From Myxococcales bacterium (GTDB lineage Bacteria > Myxococcota > Myxococcia > Myxococcales > 40CM-4-68-19): DNA of 64,000 nucleotides. Made by a program: the position numbers and the translations under genes. The notes beneath the pieces are model-generated. The model saw only the letters and a program-made list of their open reading frames with translations. It made no database searches and had not been told where the DNA came from. Shown here piece by piece: positions 8,440-20,215 of this stretch (position 1 is its first letter; each line of letters starts with the position of its first letter). The stretch lies in the NCBI GenBank assembly GCA_036513415.1, contig DATBZA010000137.1:17593-81592 (forward strand), written 5' to 3'.

Positions 8440-10203
8440 ATGGCGCGCGAAGTGACCTTTCCCAGGACGCGGCACGTCGCGCTGTCCGGACCCGAACATG
8501 CCGGAGAGGCGAAAGCGGCGGGAAGCCAGGCGATTCTGGTTCCCATCCGGGTTGCCGAGGGAACCACGGCGCCGGCCGGGGTGCTCTTGCCGCAGCCGCC
8601 CGAACCCGGCGCTCCCGGAGTGCCGGAGAAAGGCGCGCTGCCGGCCGCGGCCCCGGTCCCGGCGCTGGCAGCGGGGACCGGACCCGCCGTGCCTCAGCTA
8701 AGAGAGCTGCCCTGGGTCGTCTCCGTCGATATCGCCGAGCCGGCTGCGGAAGTGGACCGCTGCCACTCGCTGGATGGGAATGCGCTGGCGGTGCGCTGTC
8801 CGTCCTCGCTGGAGGGGCGCGACGCGGCGGGCCTGCTCGCGGGCCGGGCTGCCGTTGTGGGCGACGCGGTGCTGCTCGAGGGGCTGGACCGCTGGTACCG
8901 GCTCGGTTCCGAGGGCGCCGGGTACTGCAAGAGCTGCGGGTTCTCCCTGATGGAGAACCTGCGCGAGACCTTCGGCGACCACCTGGAGCCCTTCGATGCG
9001 CTCGAGGCGCTGCGTTCCTCGGCGCTGCCCATGCGCGAGCGGCCCTTCGCGCGCCAGAAGGAAGCGCTCCGGTTGTCGGAAGCGCTGGAGGCCGGAAAAC
9101 GCGCGGTCCTGCGCGCGCGGGACGAAGCGCGGCGGAAGCGGAGCGTGGAGATCGGCGTGCTCGGACGCGTCGGGACGCTCAACGGCCTGGCGCTCGAGCT
9201 GTGCCGTCATCTCGACGGTCTCGTCTTCGAGCTGACCACTGGAGACGCCTACGCGGCCCTTCTTCCGCTCCTGGCGGCGCGGGCCGCTCTCGGCCAGCGG
9301 CCCGCGATTGCGTTGCTCTCGGGCACCGTCAACGCGGCGCAGGTCAAGCTCTATGCGGCGCTCGCGACGGCGTGCGACGCGGATCTGCTGCTGGCGGACG
9401 ATGCCCCCGCCGAGGCGCGCGCCGCCCTGGCCGAGCACCGGCAGTTCCTCTCCCTCGTCCGCGAGCGATACCGGCCCTCCGCGCCGCTGTTCGATGCGGA
9501 GGTCCTGCTCTCGCCGATCTGCGATCACTGGACCGCAGGCGGGCACCAGCGCGCGGCGGCGACGGCGGTCGCGGCGCTGGCGAAGGCGCAGCAGCAGCCC
9601 GCGGTGCGCCTCGACCTGGCGGGCGGCGTCCGCGCGCGGCTCCTGGTGCTGGCCGGCGCGGCCGCGATCCCCGCCCCCGACGCCGCGGCGGCTCGAAAGT
9701 ACGTCGAGGGCGGAGGAGACATCCTGCTGCTCGGCAAGTGCATGCCGGTCGACGAGGAAGGGCGGGTCGGCGACCCGGTATTCCCGGAGGTGAAGTCGGG
9801 CCTCGAGCCGGTGGGGGAGGGGCGCGTATTCGCGCTGGACGACGGCGCCCAGGAAGCCGCCATCTCCCGCGCCTTGCGAGAGCTTTCCGGCCGCGGGCGG
9901 GCACAGGTCACGCTCACGGGGCGGGGACGGCTCCTCGCCCGCGCCTACCTGGATCCGGAGCGGAAGCTCGACGTCCATTTCGTCAACCTGGATCTGCAGA
10001 ATGACGCGGTGGTCCCCGCCCAGGGAGTGCAGGTGACCATCGCGGGCCAGGCCGCGGGCGGCGGCCGGGCGGCGTACTGGTTCGCGCCGGAGCGCAGCGG
10101 CGGCAAGGACGGCGAGCGCATTCCGCTCAATCCTTCGGGGTTCTCGGTGTCGACCATCCTGCCCAGCGTGCACTCCTACGCTCTGCTCGCCGTGCCGCGC
10201 TGA
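8440..10203 (+). CDS. Hypothetical 588-aa protein, no recognised family
   Basis: This is the only frame with balanced composition; the competing 665-aa and 491-aa ORFs are Arg/Pro/Gly junk. ATG at 8440 (alternative start 8419). No signal peptide. Contains CKSCGF and a GGGDILLLG segment. Confidence 0.55.
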   Translation: MAREVTFPRTRHVALSGPEHAGEAKAAGSQAILVPIRVAEGTTAPAGVLLPQPPEPGAPGVPEKGALPAAAPVPALAAGTGPAVPQLRELPWVVSVDIAEPAAEVDRCHSLDGNALAVRCPSSLEGRDAAGLLAGRAAVVGDAVLLEGLDRWYRLGSEGAGYCKSCGFSLMENLRETFGDHLEPFDALEALRSSALPMRERPFARQKEALRLSEALEAGKRAVLRARDEARRKRSVEIGVLGRVGTLNGLALELCRHLDGLVFELTTGDAYAALLPLLAARAALGQRPAIALLSGTVNAAQVKLYAALATACDADLLLADDAPAEARAALAEHRQFLSLVRERYRPSAPLFDAEVLLSPICDHWTAGGHQRAAATAVAALAKAQQQPAVRLDLAGGVRARLLVLAGAAAIPAPDAAAARKYVEGGGDILLLGKCMPVDEEGRVGDPVFPEVKSGLEPVGEGRVFALDDGAQEAAISRALRELSGRGRAQVTLTGRGRLLARAYLDPERKLDVHFVNLDLQNDAVVPAQGVQVTIAGQAAGGGRAAYWFAPERSGGKDGERIPLNPSGFSVSTILPSVHSYALLAVPR

Positions 10204-10207
10204 AGCG

Positions 10208-12127
<1,920 letters not shown>

Positions 12128-12169
12128 CGGGTCGCTCTCTCGTCCCCCTGCCGGCGAGTCTACCGCGAG

Positions 12170-13339
12170 TCAGCTCGTCCCACGAAACGCCGACAGAGCG
12201 GCCGCCATCACTTCCTTCACCGCGACGCCCTGGCGCTCGGCCGCTTGCCTGCAGTCCTCGAACTCGGGAGCGGCGCTCAGGACCTTTCCCGAAAGCCGGC
12301 CGATCTTGACGCGCACCTTTCCATACGCCGTCTCGACCTCGACCAGCTCCCGATCGAGAACGCGCCGCTCGATCCGCGTGGCCCGGATTCCCAAGGTGCT
12401 GGTTTGCTTGAAGATTTCCGCTTCCACCGCCGCGCGTGCGGCCTCCGGGACCAGCGCCCCGAACAGGTGCCCGGGGCGTCCCTTCTTCATGGTGACGGGC
12501 GCCACCCAGGCATCCAGCGCCCCGGCGGCGAGGACCGACTCGAGCGCGACGGCGACGAGTTGCGGCGAGAGATCGTCCAGGTTCGCTTCCAGGATCCACG
12601 ACCCCTCGCGGTCGCACGCCGCCGCGGGGCGGCCCAGCACCGCCCTCAGCAAATTCGGCGCGTCCTCCCAGCGCCGGGTGCCGGCGCCATATCCGATGCG
12701 ATCGATGGTGAGCTGCGGGATCGCCAAGGCCTCCTCGGTCCAGGCGGCAAGGATCGCCGCGCCCGTCGGCGTGGTCCGTTCGCCCGGCCCGCTGGGCCGG
12801 ATCGTTCGCCCCCGCAGCAGCTCCAGCGTCGCCGGCGCGGGGAGCGGGATCGTGCCGTGGGCGCTCTGCTCCAGGCCGCCACCGGAAGGCGGAGGGAGGG
12901 CGACGATGCGCTCGGGCGCGAGCGCGTCCAACAGCAGCGCCGCACCGACCACGTCCACGATCGAGTCGATCGCGCCCACCTCATGGAATTCGACGTCCTC
13001 CGGGTCGACACCGTGGATCCGTGCCTCCGCCTTGGCCAGGAGCGCGAATCCGGACTGCGCCAGCTCCGCTGCGCGCGGTGGAAGACGCGCCCGAGCGATC
13101 AGGTCCCGGATGTACCGCCACGGCCGGTGGACGTGCTGGTCCGGGGCCCCGCGCACCCCGACGTGCAAGGCGCGGATTCCCTGGACCTCGACCTCGTGGG
13201 CTTCCACCGAGACGCCCGACAGCCCGAGCCGGCGCAGGCCGTCGTCGAGCGCCGCACGCGGCGCCCCGAGGTGCAGGAGGGCGGCGATGGTCATGTCGCC
13301 GGCCATCCCGCCGATGGGCTCGAGGACCAGCGTGCTCAC
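12170..13339 (-). CDS. larC: Nickel-pincer cofactor nickel-insertion protein LarC (DUF111 family)
   Basis: LVLEPIGGMAGDM N-terminus, FHEVGAIDSIVDVVG, and a C-terminal KKGRPG...TLGIR segment. The GTG start at 13339 forms a GTGA overlap with the larB stop. Confidence 0.85.
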   Translation of the reverse strand: MSTLVLEPIGGMAGDMTIAALLHLGAPRAALDDGLRRLGLSGVSVEAHEVEVQGIRALHVGVRGAPDQHVHRPWRYIRDLIARARLPPRAAELAQSGFALLAKAEARIHGVDPEDVEFHEVGAIDSIVDVVGAALLLDALAPERIVALPPPSGGGLEQSAHGTIPLPAPATLELLRGRTIRPSGPGERTTPTGAAILAAWTEEALAIPQLTIDRIGYGAGTRRWEDAPNLLRAVLGRPAAACDREGSWILEANLDDLSPQLVAVALESVLAAGALDAWVAPVTMKKGRPGHLFGALVPEAARAAVEAEIFKQTSTLGIRATRIERRVLDRELVEVETAYGKVRVKIGRLSGKVLSAAPEFEDCRQAAERQGVAVKEVMAAALSAFRGTS

Positions 13340-14127
13340 GTGGCGCGGGCCTCGCGGGCGCGGCTCGCGGCGTGCGCCTGCCGCGCGATCAGCGCAGCGA
13401 CGAACCCCGCGCTGAACCCGTTGTCGATGTTGACCACGCTCACGTTGGGCGCGCAGGAGTTGAGCATCGCGAGCAGCGCGGCGATCCCGCCCAGGGAGGC
13501 CCCGTAGCCGACGCTGGTCGGCACCGCGATCACTGGCCGCGCGACCAGTCCACCCACCACCGAAGGAAGCGCGCCCTCCATGCCTGCACAGACCACCAGC
13601 GCGTCCGCCTGGCGCAAGGCCGGAGCGTTCCGCAGCAGCCGGTGCAGTCCGGAGATCCCCACGTCGTAGACCCGCTCCACCTGGGCGCCGACCACGTACG
13701 CCGTCGCGCACGCCTCCTCCGCAACGGGAATGTCCGTGGTGCCGGCGCAGACCACCGCGACGAGACCTTCGCGAGGTGGCGTGCCCGCGGCAGCCGGAGC
13801 GGTGAAGGCGCGGGAGACCGGGTCGTAGCGCCCTTTCGGCGCGGCGGCGAGCGCGGCGGCTTCCGCTTCCGGCGCCATCCGCGTCACCAGCACCGCCTGC
13901 CCCAGCGACACCAGCCTCTGGACGAGGGCGCCGATCTGCTCCGGGCGCTTGCGCTCGCCGAAGACCACTTCGGGGACGCCCATGCGCAGCGCCCGCTCGC
14001 CGTCGAGCTGGGCGAAGTCGGCGATCTGCTGCACGGGAAGCTCGCCCAGGCGGCGGGCCGCCTCCTCCACGGAGACCTCGCCCGCTTTCACCTGCTCGAG
14101 GAACCTCAGCAGCGCCCGCGCGTCCAT
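13336..14127 (-). CDS. larB: Nickel-pincer cofactor biosynthesis protein LarB (PurE-like carboxylase/hydrolase)
   Basis: PurE-like core VAVVCAGTTDIPVAEEA...VVCAGMEGALPSVVGGL...VIAVPTSVGYG. Starts 13 nt after the cheC stop. Confidence 0.85.
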   Translation of the reverse strand: MDARALLRFLEQVKAGEVSVEEAARRLGELPVQQIADFAQLDGERALRMGVPEVVFGERKRPEQIGALVQRLVSLGQAVLVTRMAPEAEAAALAAAPKGRYDPVSRAFTAPAAAGTPPREGLVAVVCAGTTDIPVAEEACATAYVVGAQVERVYDVGISGLHRLLRNAPALRQADALVVCAGMEGALPSVVGGLVARPVIAVPTSVGYGASLGGIAALLAMLNSCAPNVSVVNIDNGFSAGFVAALIARQAHAASRAREARAT

Positions 14128-14140
14128 CGCGGGCGATCTA

Positions 14141-14755
14141 TCACACGACGCCGAGCATCGAGAGAAGGCGCGAGAGCGATTCGTCTACCGGCGCCGCGAC
14201 GATGCGGCCGGCGTTCCGGACGCCGGGCAGCCGCAGATCCGTCACCAGGAGCAACGCCGAGTCGAGATCGCCGAACGCCGCCTGCAACGTGTGCGAGAGG
14301 CTGCCGTCGCCCACGTGAGGGATCGACGGCACCAGGGTGAGCCCGACCGCTGCCGCTACGCCGCCCACGTAGCTCGAGACGACGATGTTCGACATCTCCG
14401 CCAGCGCGCTGGTGTACAGCGTCGGCTGCTGGGTCGCGTCGCCGGGCGACCCGAGCAGGAGGCCGCCCATCAGCGTCGCTCCCTCCTGGCTCACGTGCAT
14501 CATCCAACGCAGGCGCGCGCCGCCCTCGACCTCGAAATGGACGGAGAACGCGGCGCCGTCCGGCTGCAGCACGCGCTCGACACCGCCCTTCGGCGCTACC
14601 TGTGCCCGCGGCTGGGCGGCCTCGACGAAGGTGCCCAGGAGCCTTCCTAGCGAACGCGCGGCGTCCGCCGAGCCGAACTGGGCCAGCTGGCGCAACGCCT
14701 CCATCTGCTGTGGAGTCAGCTCGAGCGGGCTGAGGGGGCGGCCTTGCACCGTCAT
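14141..14755 (-). CDS. cheC: CheC-like chemotaxis phosphatase (DifG-like); only the second active-site motif is intact
   Basis: SALAEMSN-x22-P matches S/D-x3-E-x2-N-x22-P. The first repeat reads EALRQLAQ, so its E and N are lost. ATGA overlap with the cheA stop. Confidence 0.8.
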   Translation of the reverse strand: MTVQGRPLSPLELTPQQMEALRQLAQFGSADAARSLGRLLGTFVEAAQPRAQVAPKGGVERVLQPDGAAFSVHFEVEGGARLRWMMHVSQEGATLMGGLLLGSPGDATQQPTLYTSALAEMSNIVVSSYVGGVAAAVGLTLVPSIPHVGDGSLSHTLQAAFGDLDSALLLVTDLRLPGVRNAGRIVAAPVDESLSRLLSMLGVV

Positions 14756-16755
14756 GCCGCACCCCGGAGGCGCTGCGCCGACTCGGCGAGCTCATGGAGG
14801 CCGCGGGGATCGAGGACGAGCAGCGGCCGGCCGTTGCCGAGGACCGTGGTGCCCGCCAGGCCGCGGACCCGATCGAGCGGCGGAAAGAGCGGCTTGAGGA
14901 CCGCCTCCTCCTGCCCGACCAGCCGGTCGACGGAAAGCGCGAAGGTGATGCCGTCCACTTCCAGGACTGCGAACGGCCTTGGGCCTGGAGGGGCGAGCGA
15001 GGGAAGTCCGAAGAGCTTGGCCAGGGAGTAGGCCCGCACCAGCTGACCCATCACCGCCAGCGAGCGCGCCTCGAATCCTTCGCCGCCGCGGGCCGAGAGG
15101 TCGTATTCAGTGGTGGCGATGATGCGCGTCATGGGCAGGCCGTACATCTCGCCGCCCACCTGCACCAGGAGCAGGTTCGCCATTGAAACGCTCAGCGGGA
15201 GCTCGAGCGTGAACCGCGATCCTTTTCCCGGAGCGGAGCGGAGGCCGATCTTGCCGCCCAATGCTTCCACCGCGGCCTTCACCGCGTCGAGCCCCACGCC
15301 GCGTCCGGAGAGATCGGTGGCTTCCGCCCGGGTGGAGAGCCCGGGCAGGAAGGCCAGCTCGTAGCTCTGCTGCTCGCTGAGCTCCGCCACCTTCTCCGAC
15401 GAGAGCAGCCCCATGTCGATGGCGCGCCGGCGCAGCCGGGCGGCGTCGAAGCCGGCGCCGTCATCGCTCACCTCGACCAGCACCTTGTCGCGTTCCCGCC
15501 GCGCCGTCAGGACCAGGAGGCCGCGTCCGGACTTGCCCACCGCGATCCGCTGCGCGCCGGTCTCCAGCCCGTGGTCGACGGCATTGCGGACCAGGTGCGT
15601 GAGCGGATCGCCCAGCGCCTCGATCACCGTGCGGTCCAGCTCGACCTCCCCGCCCTGCACCTCCAGCTCCACTTCCTTCCCCAGCCGGTGGGCGAGGTCG
15701 CGGATCGCGCGCGGCAGCCGTTCGGTCAGCGAGGAAAACGGCGTGAGCCTCGCGTTCATCACCCGTCCGTGCAGGTCCCGCGCCGTGCGGCGCAATCGGT
15801 CGATCTCCGACTCGAACTGCGCAGCCGCGTTCTCGGGAAGCAGCCGCGCCGCCTCGCGAAGACGGGCGATGCCATGCAGCACCTCCGCGGCCTGGTCGAG
15901 GAGCTGATCGAGCGCATGCGCGCGCACGCGCACGGTCGCCTCCGCGCGTTGATCCTCGGAGCCCGTCGCCTCCGGAATCGCCAGGAGCGCGGTAGAAGGC
16001 GGCGGAGCCTGCGCCTCGGCGACGGGCGCGTTCGCGACGGGCGCTACGCGGACCTCGACCTCCTCCACTTCGGGAATCCCATCGAAGAGCCCCCGGACCT
16101 CTTCCACGGAGCGCGCGGTCGCGAGCAACGCGGTCACCCGCGCGCCACCCTTCCTCTGCATCAGCGCGCCGGGCTGCGGCTCCATCTCCAGCAGCGTCCC
16201 GGCGAGCTTCAGCTTGCGTTGCACGATCAAGGCGCGCGCTCCGGGCGCCTGGCAGGACTTCGCCAGCGAGAAGGCGACGTCCAGCCTCGGCAGCGAGGGG
16301 TCCGCGACCGGCTTCTGCGCGGACTTCGGAGCCGGAGCGGCAGGAGCGAGCTCGGGCAGCGCGCTCGAGGCGCTCGAAAGACGTTCCACCAGTGCGCCGG
16401 ATTGCTCCGCCTCGGACGTCGGCGCCTGCTCGGCGCCGGAGGCGCGCCTGACCTGATGAACCAGCGCGTCGGTGGCCTGCAGCAGCAGATCCACCTGCAT
16501 GCGCTCGGGCCGGCGGTGCTGCGCCTTCAGCTTGCCGATCAACGTCTCGGCCACGTGGGCGATTTCGACGATGGCCGGCAGACCGATGGTCGCCGCGCTG
16601 CCCTTGACCGAGTGCACGTGGCGGAAGATCGAGTCCCAGAGCGGACCGCCCGGCGGCTCGTGCTCGATCCGGACCAGCTCGGAAGCCAGCTGCTCGAGGT
16701 GCTCCATCGCTTCCGCGATGAAGGCGTGCAAGTACTTGTGGGGGGCCTCCGCCAT
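14752..16755 (-). CDS. cheA: Chemotaxis histidine kinase CheA (DifE-like)
   Basis: HPt site HSVKGSAA. N-box HLVRNAVDHG, G1 DDGAGFD, G2 GRGVGLD, and a C-terminal CheW-like domain. Start at MAEAPHKY (16755). Confidence 0.93.
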   Translation of the reverse strand: MAEAPHKYLHAFIAEAMEHLEQLASELVRIEHEPPGGPLWDSIFRHVHSVKGSAATIGLPAIVEIAHVAETLIGKLKAQHRRPERMQVDLLLQATDALVHQVRRASGAEQAPTSEAEQSGALVERLSSASSALPELAPAAPAPKSAQKPVADPSLPRLDVAFSLAKSCQAPGARALIVQRKLKLAGTLLEMEPQPGALMQRKGGARVTALLATARSVEEVRGLFDGIPEVEEVEVRVAPVANAPVAEAQAPPPSTALLAIPEATGSEDQRAEATVRVRAHALDQLLDQAAEVLHGIARLREAARLLPENAAAQFESEIDRLRRTARDLHGRVMNARLTPFSSLTERLPRAIRDLAHRLGKEVELEVQGGEVELDRTVIEALGDPLTHLVRNAVDHGLETGAQRIAVGKSGRGLLVLTARRERDKVLVEVSDDGAGFDAARLRRRAIDMGLLSSEKVAELSEQQSYELAFLPGLSTRAEATDLSGRGVGLDAVKAAVEALGGKIGLRSAPGKGSRFTLELPLSVSMANLLLVQVGGEMYGLPMTRIIATTEYDLSARGGEGFEARSLAVMGQLVRAYSLAKLFGLPSLAPPGPRPFAVLEVDGITFALSVDRLVGQEEAVLKPLFPPLDRVRGLAGTTVLGNGRPLLVLDPRGLHELAESAQRLRGAA

Positions 16756-16760
16756 GGGGC

Positions 16761-17129
16761 CTACTCGCCGAGCACCTTCTTCACCACCGCCAGGACGTCC
16801 TCGCCGCGGAAGGGCTTGACGATGAAGTCCGTGGCGCCCGCCTCGATCGCCTCCATCACCAGGGACTCCTGCCCGAGGGCGGAGCACATGATCACCACGG
16901 CGCCGGGATCCTGCTGGACGATCTCGCGCGTCGCGTCGATGCCGGACTTGTACGGCATCACGATGTCCATCGTGACGAGGTCGGGCTTGAGCTCGCGGAA
17001 GAGGTTGACGGCCTGGACGCCGTCATCTGCCTCGCCGGCGACGGCGAACCCCGCGGTGGTGAAGATGTCGCGCAGCGTGTTGCGCATGAAGAGCGCGTCG
17101 TCGACGATCAGCACTCGCCTCTGGGGCAT
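16761..17129 (-). CDS. cheY: CheY-like single-domain response regulator (DifD-like)
   Basis: VLIVDDALFMR...DLVTMDIVMP...KPF receiver signature. 122 aa. Confidence 0.93.
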   Translation of the reverse strand: MPQRRVLIVDDALFMRNTLRDIFTTAGFAVAGEADDGVQAVNLFRELKPDLVTMDIVMPYKSGIDATREIVQQDPGAVVIMCSALGQESLVMEAIEAGATDFIVKPFRGEDVLAVVKKVLGE

Positions 17130-17133
17130 CGGT

Positions 17134-17550
17134 TTACGCCTCCACCAGGTTGTCGATGGCCCGCTGCAGCTGCTCCGGGTCGATCAGCTTCGCCGGGCCC
17201 TCGGCGGAGTCCACCTGCGCGCGCGCCGCACCCGACGGCTCGCTCAACTCCCGTGCTTCGGCCGGGACTTCCTCGATGCCTGCGACCTCGGACACGTAAA
17301 GTCCAACGTCACCCTTCGCCCGCTGCAGCATCACCACCCTGCCTTCCGGCCGCGCCGGCCGCGCCTTCAGTCCGACCAGCGGACCGAGATCGATCAGCGC
17401 GGCCACTCGACCTTGCTGGCTCATCACCCCGAGGAGCGCCGGCGGGGCGCGCGGCACGCGCGAGAGAAAGCCCATCTCCGTCACCCGGCGAACCGCCGAG
17501 AGCGGGAGCGCGTATCGGTTGCCTCCGTGCAGGCAGATGACGGCGCGCAT
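17134..17550 (-). CDS. cheW: CheW coupling protein (DifC-like)
   Basis: 138-aa CheW-like fold (RYALPLSAVRRV...GVMSQQGRVAALIDL). 4-nt gaps to both flanking che genes. Confidence 0.85.
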   Translation of the reverse strand: MRAVICLHGGNRYALPLSAVRRVTEMGFLSRVPRAPPALLGVMSQQGRVAALIDLGPLVGLKARPARPEGRVVMLQRAKGDVGLYVSEVAGIEEVPAEARELSEPSGAARAQVDSAEGPAKLIDPEQLQRAIDNLVEA

Positions 17551-17554
17551 GTCT

Positions 17555-18856
17555 TCACTCCAGCCTGAACCGCGAGACCACGGTCTGCAGCTCGACGGAA
17601 AGGTTGGTCAGCTCCTGCGAAGCGGAGGCGATCGAGGCGGTGACCACCGCCTGCTCGCGGATGGCGCGCGAGACCTCTTCGGTGCTCTTGGCGTTCGACG
17701 AGGCGACCTCGCGGATCTCGCGGATGGCTTTCACCATCTCATCGGAACCGGCCAGCTGCTCCTTGGCGGCGTGGGAGATGGCGGTGACGCGCGCCGTTCC
17801 CGCCTGCGTCGCGTGCACGATCTCGTCGAGCGAGAGAGTGATCTGGGCCAGGTCCTCGCGGCCCTGCCCCAACTCGTCGATGCCTTCCTTCATCGCCGCC
17901 ACGGCGTGCTGGCTGCGCTGGCTGATCTCCTGCGCCAGCCGGCTGATCTGCTCCGCGGAACGCCCGGCGGACTCCGCCAGCTTGCGCACCTCGTCGGCGA
18001 CCACCGCGAAGCCGCGGCCGTACTCGCCGGCGCGCGCCGCCTCGATGGCCGCGTTGAGCGCGAGCAGGTTCGTCTGCTGCGCCACTCCGGTGATGGCGAC
18101 GACGATCTTGCTGATCTCCTGCGTCTTCTCGCCGAAGGCGAACACCGTCTCGGAAGCCGCCTCGATCTCGGCGAAGACCTTCTTGATCTTCTCAGCGGCG
18201 AGTTGCGCCGCCGCTCCGCCCGCCTGCGCCGCGGTGGAGGTCGCAGTCGCCGCTTCCGCCGCCGCTTGCGCCGTGTTGGCGCTGGTCTTGATCGAGGTAG
18301 CGATGCCGCTGATCAGGCCGCTCGCCCGCTCTACCAGCCCGAGCTGCTCGTCGGCGCCCTTGGCGATGCGGTCCATCGATTCCTTGATCTCCTCGGCCGA
18401 CGCGGTGACGTTGCCGGTCGAGACCTGCATCTCGTCGGCGGAGTCCGCCACCGCCCGGCTGGTGTTCTGGATGTGCCGCACCAGGTCGCGCAGGTTCTCC
18501 TGCATGTGCGAGATGGCGACGGTGAGCTCGTCCACCTCGTCCGCGCCGAGAAACGAGGGCCGTTCGCTGGGCAGAGCCTTGGAGAGGTCGCCGCGGCTGA
18601 TCTCCAGGGCGCTCCGGTTCAGGCGCACGACGCGGTTGGCGATCTGCTTCAGCCCCACGGAGACGGCGATGGCGACGATCAAGCCAGACACGATGCCGGC
18701 GATGGCGTGCTGCGAATCGAGGCCCCGCCGGACCACCTCGTAAGCAAGCACGCCGGAGAGCACCGCCCAGATGCTCATGTCACCGAGGAAAACCTTGAAG
18801 AACAGACCCAATCGGCGAGAGGATCCCCCGATCCTTCCCCCCCGGACCGGGCGCAT
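17555..18856 (-). CDS. Methyl-accepting chemotaxis protein without periplasmic sensor domain (DifA-like)
   Basis: Two closely spaced TM helices, HAMP, then the signalling hairpin [36 protein letters not shown]. Start taken at MRPVRGG (18856); MSIWAV (18778) is possible. Confidence 0.88.
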   Translation of the reverse strand: MRPVRGGRIGGSSRRLGLFFKVFLGDMSIWAVLSGVLAYEVVRRGLDSQHAIAGIVSGLIVAIAVSVGLKQIANRVVRLNRSALEISRGDLSKALPSERPSFLGADEVDELTVAISHMQENLRDLVRHIQNTSRAVADSADEMQVSTGNVTASAEEIKESMDRIAKGADEQLGLVERASGLISGIATSIKTSANTAQAAAEAATATSTAAQAGGAAAQLAAEKIKKVFAEIEAASETVFAFGEKTQEISKIVVAITGVAQQTNLLALNAAIEAARAGEYGRGFAVVADEVRKLAESAGRSAEQISRLAQEISQRSQHAVAAMKEGIDELGQGREDLAQITLSLDEIVHATQAGTARVTAISHAAKEQLAGSDEMVKAIREIREVASSNAKSTEEVSRAIREQAVVTASIASASQELTNLSVELQTVVSRFRLE

Positions 18857-19021
18857 CCCAGGGCTGCTCGGAACGTGCGGCGGCGGCCGGCTGGCCGGCG
18901 CGACCGGCCGCAGCGGCGGGTCGTGCTCGTCGGGTCCGAGGAGTTCCTGGTGGGCGGGAGTCGCCATCCCGCCGCACTGTATCCCGAGGCGGCGCAACGG
19001 CAAATGAGCTTCCCCCTTCCA

Positions 19022-19050
19022 TTGCGTCGAGAGGGAGGGCGGGCTACCGT
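19022..19050 (+). promoter_or_regulatory. Candidate promoter of hrcA (TTGCGT-N17-TACCGT)
   Basis: Shares the TTGnCn...TAyyGTT pattern with the grpE, dnaJ and hsp20 upstream regions. Only ~10 nt lie before the ATG, which would imply a near-leaderless mRNA. Confidence 0.25.
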
Positions 19051-19060
19051 TCCATACCCC

Positions 19061-20128
19061 ATGGCCGTGCGTACGAACACGCCGGGACTTCCGCGGGGCG
19101 CCCCGGACCCGCTCGACGACCGCACGCGGCGCGTGCTCTCCGCGATCGTGCGCGATTACATCCAGGGCGGAGAGCCGGTGGGCAGCCATTCGATCGCCCG
19201 CCGCCCGGACGTCGACGTCTCCTCGGCGACGGTCCGCGCGGTCATGGCCGATCTGGAAGAGATGGGCCTCTTGCAGAAGCCGCACACCAGCGCGGGCCGG
19301 ATCCCGACCGCGCAGGGCTTTCGCTACTACGTCGACGCCCTGTTGCGGGTGAAGCCGCCTCTGCCGGAGGAGCGCGAGCAGATCGAGCGGCGCGCCCAGG
19401 AGGCGAAGCAGCTCGACGGCCTGATGACCGCCGCGTCGCGCGTGCTCCACTCGCTGACCCGGCACGCCGGCGTCGTTTCCACCCCGCGCCCGCAATCGGA
19501 GCGGTTGCAGCGCATCGAGCTATTGCCGCTGCGGGAGGGGCGCGTCCTCGCGGTGCTGGTCGCGCGGTCGGGCGCGGTTCGCAACCGCCTGCTCACGCTC
19601 CAGCAACCCTTGCCTCCCGCCCAACTCGAGCACGCCGCCAACTATCTCAATTCGCTGATCGCCGACCGGACGCTCGGCGAAGCGCAAAGGCTGTTGCGCC
19701 TCGAGCTGGACCGCGACCGGCGCGAGCTGGGCGAGCTGCAGGCGCGGGCGCTCGCGCTCGGGGCGGAAGCCGTCCAGGGGACGCCCCCCGACGTCCACAT
19801 CGAGGGGCAGGCATCGTTCCTCGAGGACAAATCGCTAGCGCAAGATCTGGAAAAAATCCGGGCGCTCTTCCGCGCGCTGGAGGAGAAGGAGCAGCTGCTG
19901 GCGGTGCTGGATCGCACGCTGGCGGCGGAGGAGCTGCGGATCTTCATCGGCGCCGAGAGCGGCATCGTCCAGGCCGACCTGGCGATCGTCGCGGCCCCCT
20001 ATCGCCTCAAAGGCGAGGTGGTCGGAGCGCTCGGGGTGATCGGGCCGACCCGGATGGATTACTCGCGCGTGATTCCCCTGGTAGAGCTCACCGCGCGGAC
20101 CGTCGGGTTGACGCTCGACGAGAGCTGA
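19061..20128 (+). CDS. hrcA: Heat-inducible transcription repressor HrcA
   Basis: N-terminal w[24 protein letters not shown]...[29 protein letters not shown], and C-terminal [10 protein letters not shown]. The ORF upstream of 19061 is antisense junk over the mcp gene. Confidence 0.92.
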   Translation: MAVRTNTPGLPRGAPDPLDDRTRRVLSAIVRDYIQGGEPVGSHSIARRPDVDVSSATVRAVMADLEEMGLLQKPHTSAGRIPTAQGFRYYVDALLRVKPPLPEEREQIERRAQEAKQLDGLMTAASRVLHSLTRHAGVVSTPRPQSERLQRIELLPLREGRVLAVLVARSGAVRNRLLTLQQPLPPAQLEHAANYLNSLIADRTLGEAQRLLRLELDRDRRELGELQARALALGAEAVQGTPPDVHIEGQASFLEDKSLAQDLEKIRALFRALEEKEQLLAVLDRTLAAEELRIFIGAESGIVQADLAIVAAPYRLKGEVVGALGVIGPTRMDYSRVIPLVELTARTVGLTLDES

Positions 20129-20163
20129 TTCGCCCGCCGCCTGGCAGCGCGGCGGTTCACCCC

Positions 20164-20191
20164 TTGGCGAACCGCCGCGCTGCGCTATGTT
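20164..20191 (+). promoter_or_regulatory. Candidate promoter of grpE-dnaK (TTGGCG-N16-TATGTT)
   Basis: ccccTTGGCGaaccgccgcgctgcgcTATGTTa, ~25 nt upstream of the GAAGGAG RBS and the TTG start. Confidence 0.35.
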
Positions 20192-20215
20192 ACCGCCTCT
20201 TTTGAAGGAGAAGAC

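Noticed and set aside
8007-10004. 665-aa plus-strand ORF (and the 491-aa minus ORF 8698-10173) overlapping the 8440-10203 gene
   Set aside because: Extreme Arg/Gly/Pro/Ala composition with no hydrophobic core, which is the typical off-frame artefact of GC-rich DNA. The 8419/8440 frame is the protein-like one.
13340-13711. N-terminal extension of larC (513-aa version)
   Set aside because: It overlaps larB out of frame. The LarC family N-terminus (LVLEPIGGMAGDM) begins at the GTG at 13339, which is coupled to the larB stop.
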